Part shown: positions 35,362 to 38,456 of the stretch, in pieces
Layout of the letters: each line of letters starts with the position of its first letter
Position numbering within the stretch: position 1 is the stretch's first letter
Source of the DNA: Deltaproteobacteria bacterium
GTDB taxonomy: Bacteria > Desulfobacterota > Desulfomonilia > UBA1062
Direction: 5' to 3'
Length of the DNA stretch: 38,456 nt
Assembly: GCA_021162585.1 (NCBI GenBank)
Contig: JAGGYK010000104.1
Location: forward strand, 1 to 38,456
Program-made: the position numbers and the translations under genes
The notes under the pieces: generated by a model
The model's database searches: none
What the model saw: only the letters and a program-made list of their open reading frames with translations
Told to the model about the DNA's origin: nothing

Positions 35362-36039
35362 TTATTTGTCCGGCCTTTTTAGTGCAAACCTGAGCAAGTC
35401 CATAAAATGAGTGATTTTGTCCTCTACAAACCATGAGATCTCCTCATCTCTGCTGATATTCATATATTCCTTAAAACGAATCTGGTAATGTCTGGAGACC
35501 ATAGCAACCATAAACATGATATAGAGACTATTAATCATAAAGGCTGCTGTATTGATATCAATATCTGGCCTGAAGTGGCCTTCTTCAATACCTTTTTTTA
35601 TAAGAGACTTGAGGAAATCAGATGTTTTTTTCTCAACCTTTTTTGAGAGGCTATCTGCAAATCTTTCCATCCCACATGCACTCAAGTTAAGGTACATGTG
35701 TGCATAATCAGGATGATTATGCACAAAGACCATTCCCCTTCTGAATATGTCCTCTATCTGTTCGAAAAAATCCTTATCTGGACTGATTACAGACTCAATT
35801 GCGCCCCTGGACTCAGCCAATGCTTTCTCGCAAGTTGCAATAAATAAGGCATCCTTGTCCCTGAAGTAATCATAGATAGAACCCTTTGAGATTCCGGCCT
35901 TTTCTGCGATTTCGCTTATTTTGGCCTTATTTAGACCCTTGCGCGCAAACTCATGTGCAGCAGTATGCAAGATCCTGTCTTTCTTTTCATCATCAAGATT
36001 ATAAAATGCCTTTTTTATAATAGAACTATCTATATCCAT
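35362..36039 (-). CDS. TetR/AcrR-family transcriptional regulator
   Basis: N-terminal HTH region ILHTAAHEFARKGLNKAKISEIAEKAGISKGSIYDYFRDKDALF. 225 aa. Confidence 0.85.
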   Translation of the reverse strand: MDIDSSIIKKAFYNLDDEKKDRILHTAAHEFARKGLNKAKISEIAEKAGISKGSIYDYFRDKDALFIATCEKALAESRGAIESVISPDKDFFEQIEDIFRRGMVFVHNHPDYAHMYLNLSACGMERFADSLSKKVEKKTSDFLKSLIKKGIEEGHFRPDIDINTAAFMINSLYIMFMVAMVSRHYQIRFKEYMNISRDEEISWFVEDKITHFMDLLRFALKRPDK

Positions 36040-36681
36040 AAGTGACCGACCGTCCAGTCATAAAATACCCCGCAATATATCTTACTGTCAAGAAAAATAT
36101 GTATATAATCACTATTTGGTTTCATTGGTTGGATTCATATGAAAACAGCTATCAGCTCTCAGCGATCAGCCCGTCTGCATCTCCGATTGGCAATATCCTC
36201 TTGGCCTTGTCTCCTACCTCGTTGGCCAACGATCCCCGACCCTGAGGCATGGGCAGGCATTCAGCTTAAAGAGGAATATGAAATGATTTTAATCAGTTAC
36301 GGGAGGAGGAATGAGGGGGCTCTTGAGCTTATCCTTTAAGCGTTTTTTGCTAATACATTCAAGCGAAGCGCGAATAGGGATCACCCGTAAGCGAGCCTAC
36401 GATATATCAAAAAAATATTTCAGGCAAGCGAAAGAGTTCCCATCCCGAGGAAGGGTATTTTCATCTTTGGTTGTGTCCGAAAGGCCATGAAGGTTTGTAT
36501 GAAAATAGTTACGAACATTCGTTTGAGTTTATGGCTTCCTGCTTAAGCACGCAAAACCCAGAATTTTGAACCTATAACATTGAACTTTGAACCTAAAATT
36601 CTGCCTTTCCGACTGTCTACCCCGCAAGCCAGGTCGTGAGAGTTAGTCTTTATCCCTTGCCCCTTCCATGGGTAAGAATGC

Positions 36682-37491
36682 CTATTCCCCCCGGCCGGTC
36701 ATGGACTCTGAGGAGGTGGCAATCCCCATTACCCTGCAGAAAAAGTCCATCACTGGTATGGGGAGCAATCCCTTTACAATGGGCACTGCATACACAGAAA
36801 AAGGCACCCCTATCATGGATTTGCCTTTTTTTACACCATCTATAATCTTTGTTGTCACCTCTTCAGGCCCCAGCAACTTCGTACCCTTTACAGCCTTAGC
36901 CCCATCAAACATACCAGTGCCCACAGTGTTAGGGCACACATAGATGAACTTAATATTCTTATAGCCTTTTAGTTTCATCTCCTGCCTCAGAGATTCTGTA
37001 AGACCTATTACAGCAAATTTGCTTGCACAGTAATCTGTAATATATGGGACACCTAACAGACCGCCGGCAGAGGCAATATTTACTATGTGGCCTGCCCTCT
37101 TTGATATCATACCAGGTAAAAAGGCCTTCATTGTCCAAAAGTGTGCAAGCAAATTTACCGCAATCGTCTTTTCAATTACTTCATCTGGCTTGTCTAAAAA
37201 TGGATTTGATTTTACTACACCAGCATTATTTACAAGTATATCTATAACCCCAAACTCTTTTTCTACCTTACCTGCAAGCTCATAAACAGCTTTTCTATCA
37301 GATATATCACATTTGTAAGCTACTATCTCCCCTAAAGAGGCCAATTCGTCTTTTGCCTTTTCTAACTCGCCTTGTCTTATATCAACAATGACTACCCTTG
37401 AGCCTTCCCTTAAAAATAATCCGGCTAAAGACTTGCCCATACCCAAGGCACCACCTGTTATAAGAACATTCTTATTCCTTAAATCTTTCAT
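36682..37491 (-). CDS. Classical SDR oxidoreductase
   Basis: ITGGALGMGKS, NNAG, YCASKFAV. I prefer the ATG at 37491 (AGGAGGTG 6 nt upstream) over the track's GTG at 37500. Confidence 0.85.
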   Translation of the reverse strand: MKDLRNKNVLITGGALGMGKSLAGLFLREGSRVVIVDIRQGELEKAKDELASLGEIVAYKCDISDRKAVYELAGKVEKEFGVIDILVNNAGVVKSNPFLDKPDEVIEKTIAVNLLAHFWTMKAFLPGMISKRAGHIVNIASAGGLLGVPYITDYCASKFAVIGLTESLRQEMKLKGYKNIKFIYVCPNTVGTGMFDGAKAVKGTKLLGPEEVTTKIIDGVKKGKSMIGVPFSVYAVPIVKGLLPIPVMDFFCRVMGIATSSESMTGRGE

Positions 37492-37593
37492 CTTAAACAC
37501 CTCCTATAAATTTAATAAAATTCTTTCTTGCTATACATAGTAACCTCTTGGGAAAAGGTGGCCAATATCTGAACCCATACCAGCCCTTTTCTC

Positions 37594-38103
37594 TCATCCC
37601 TTCCCTTTTATCTCCAGCCTGTCTGTATCAGCAGCCCCTTGCCGATTCAATGATGATTTATTTGCCCCATCTACCGATAATATCTTTCCCATATTCCTGG
37701 CAGTCTCTATAAAACCAGATATACTATCCCCACTAAAGTCAGAAATATTCTTAGAAATCAGGAAAAAGCTATCATCTTCAATACTCCTTATAACATCGTT
37801 ACCTGCATCACATAGATGTATACTCACACCTCTCCTATCATCTTCAGTAGAAACCCTTTCTACAAACTTCATGTTCTCAAGGCGAGCGATTAACCTGGTG
37901 GCACTGCTAAAAGGTATACCTAATTCCTCTACCACATCCCTCATCCTGAGAGGAGAGTGCCTCCTTAAGAGCTGCAATACATATATCGCCATAAATGAAA
38001 GACCAAACCTTCTTACCTTCTCTCTCTCAAAGAAGTATATTGCCCTCATGGATTGAAATAGTACCTCATCAAGTTCTTCTCGTGACAAAGGTATATCTGC
38101 CAT
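37594..38103 (-). CDS. MarR-family transcriptional regulator (second one in the window)
   Basis: Winged-HTH core MRDVVEELGIPFSSATRLIARLENMKFVERVSTEDDRRGVSIHLCDAG. 169 aa. Confidence 0.8.
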   Translation of the reverse strand: MADIPLSREELDEVLFQSMRAIYFFEREKVRRFGLSFMAIYVLQLLRRHSPLRMRDVVEELGIPFSSATRLIARLENMKFVERVSTEDDRRGVSIHLCDAGNDVIRSIEDDSFFLISKNISDFSGDSISGFIETARNMGKILSVDGANKSSLNRQGAADTDRLEIKGKG

Positions 38104-38113
38104 AAAATATCTT

Positions 38114-38160
38114 TAATAAATTTATTACCACAATGCAATATTTTTATTTTGAAAATAAAA
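38114..38160. promoter_or_regulatory. Two perfect AT-rich palindromes upstream of the second marR-type gene (candidate operators)
   Basis: TAATAAATTTATTA is at 38114-38127 and TTTTATTTT-g-AAAATAAAA at 38142-38160. The AT-rich context raises the chance expectation. Confidence 0.3.
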
Positions 38161-38203
38161 TTTTTATGTTCTCAACACCCCCTATCTCGATCTTAGAGAA
38201 CTC

Positions 38204-38264
38204 TTCGATCCCAATTCAGGGATCATGATCTCCAGCAGGGGTACTATGTGTATTCCAAGTTCCA
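38204..38264 (+). repeat. Intergenic repeat, module 3 (copy 2)
   Basis: See 25989-26046. Confidence 0.55.
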
Positions 38265-38269
38265 ATTCA

Positions 38270-38432
38270 TATAAACGCGTATGAGCGATCCACGCTCGCA
38301 ACGAAGGATGAAAACAGCTGTATGATAATGGAAATTTAGTTCATATATCTCCCAGCAATGTAGGGCATATTTCCCCGAACGGGCCGATGAGGGCAAAAGC
38401 CCCCTACAAAGCTTTGTGCCTATTTTCATATA
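38270..38432 (-). repeat. Intergenic repeat, module 1 (copy B, inverted relative to copy A)
   Basis: 38281-38314 is the exact reverse complement of 27777-27810. 38380-38400 is the exact reverse complement of 27721-27741. It ends cctattttcatata, the reverse complement of tatatgaaaatagg. Confidence 0.8.
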
Positions 38433-38456
38433 GCCCCCATGTCCTGTCGGAGACAC

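Noticed and set aside
36042-36059. TGACCGACCGTCCAGTCA next to the TetR start as a palindromic TetR operator
   Set aside because: Only 11 of 18 positions are self-complementary (mainly TGAC...GTCA at the ends). That is too weak to call without binding or conservation data.
1-38456. I looked for CRISPR arrays, cas genes, restriction-modification, toxin-antitoxin, retron/DGR reverse transcriptases, phage or integrase genes, and rRNA.
   Set aside because: None found. The repeats present are irregularly spaced, occur in inverted pairs and differ in length, so they do not form a repeat-spacer array. No ORF shows nuclease, helicase, ATPase or RT motifs typical of defence systems.

Overview
This 38.5-kb segment is coded mostly on the minus strand. 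It looks like it comes from a strictly anaerobic bacterium. It has strong AGGAGG-type SD sites and three oxygen-sensitive enzyme families: a radical-SAM sulfatase maturase, an AOR-family aldehyde:ferredoxin oxidoreductase and a CyuA/YhaM-type Fe-S desulfidase. I call 31 intact protein genes and one gene fragment at the left edge. I also call one tRNA-Leu(UAA), one frameshifted four-helix-bundle (23S-IVS-protein family) gene, and one IS200/RAYT-like Y1 transposase gene bracketed by 25-nt inverted repeats. A dense mosaic of short repeats fills the intergenic gaps. The content is metabolic and transport-related, in five blocks. (i) 0.8-15.6 kb holds two convergent operons. One encodes a Zn polyol dehydrogenase, an FGGY kinase and a class I aldolase. 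The other encodes MarR, an ATC-hydrolase-like protein, an SdhA-like flavoprotein with a mini 2Fe-2S protein, a CyuA-like desulfidase, NRAMP-like, APC and GPH transporters, an ALS-like ThDP enzyme and a DegT aminotransferase. Both operons carry an almost identical core promoter/operator. (ii) A Tat-exported Cys-type sulfatase plus its anaerobic maturase. (iii) Two tandem paralogous GltS-like permeases. (iv) A cluster of PLP enzymes. (v) An AOR / ThDP enzyme / SDR / TetR / DASS / omega-aminotransferase cluster bracketed by inverted copies of a ~150-nt repeat. I saw no rRNA, CRISPR array, cas, phage, toxin-antitoxin or recognisable defence genes. The best candidate for something undescribed is the MarR-linked two-operon locus, whose gene mix I cannot map to a known pathway. 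That is an inference from family-level motif reading, not a demonstrated system. The other unusual signals are architectural: repeats, a RAYT cassette and an IVS-like cassette. All family calls are by-eye motif recognition; no database search was possible.
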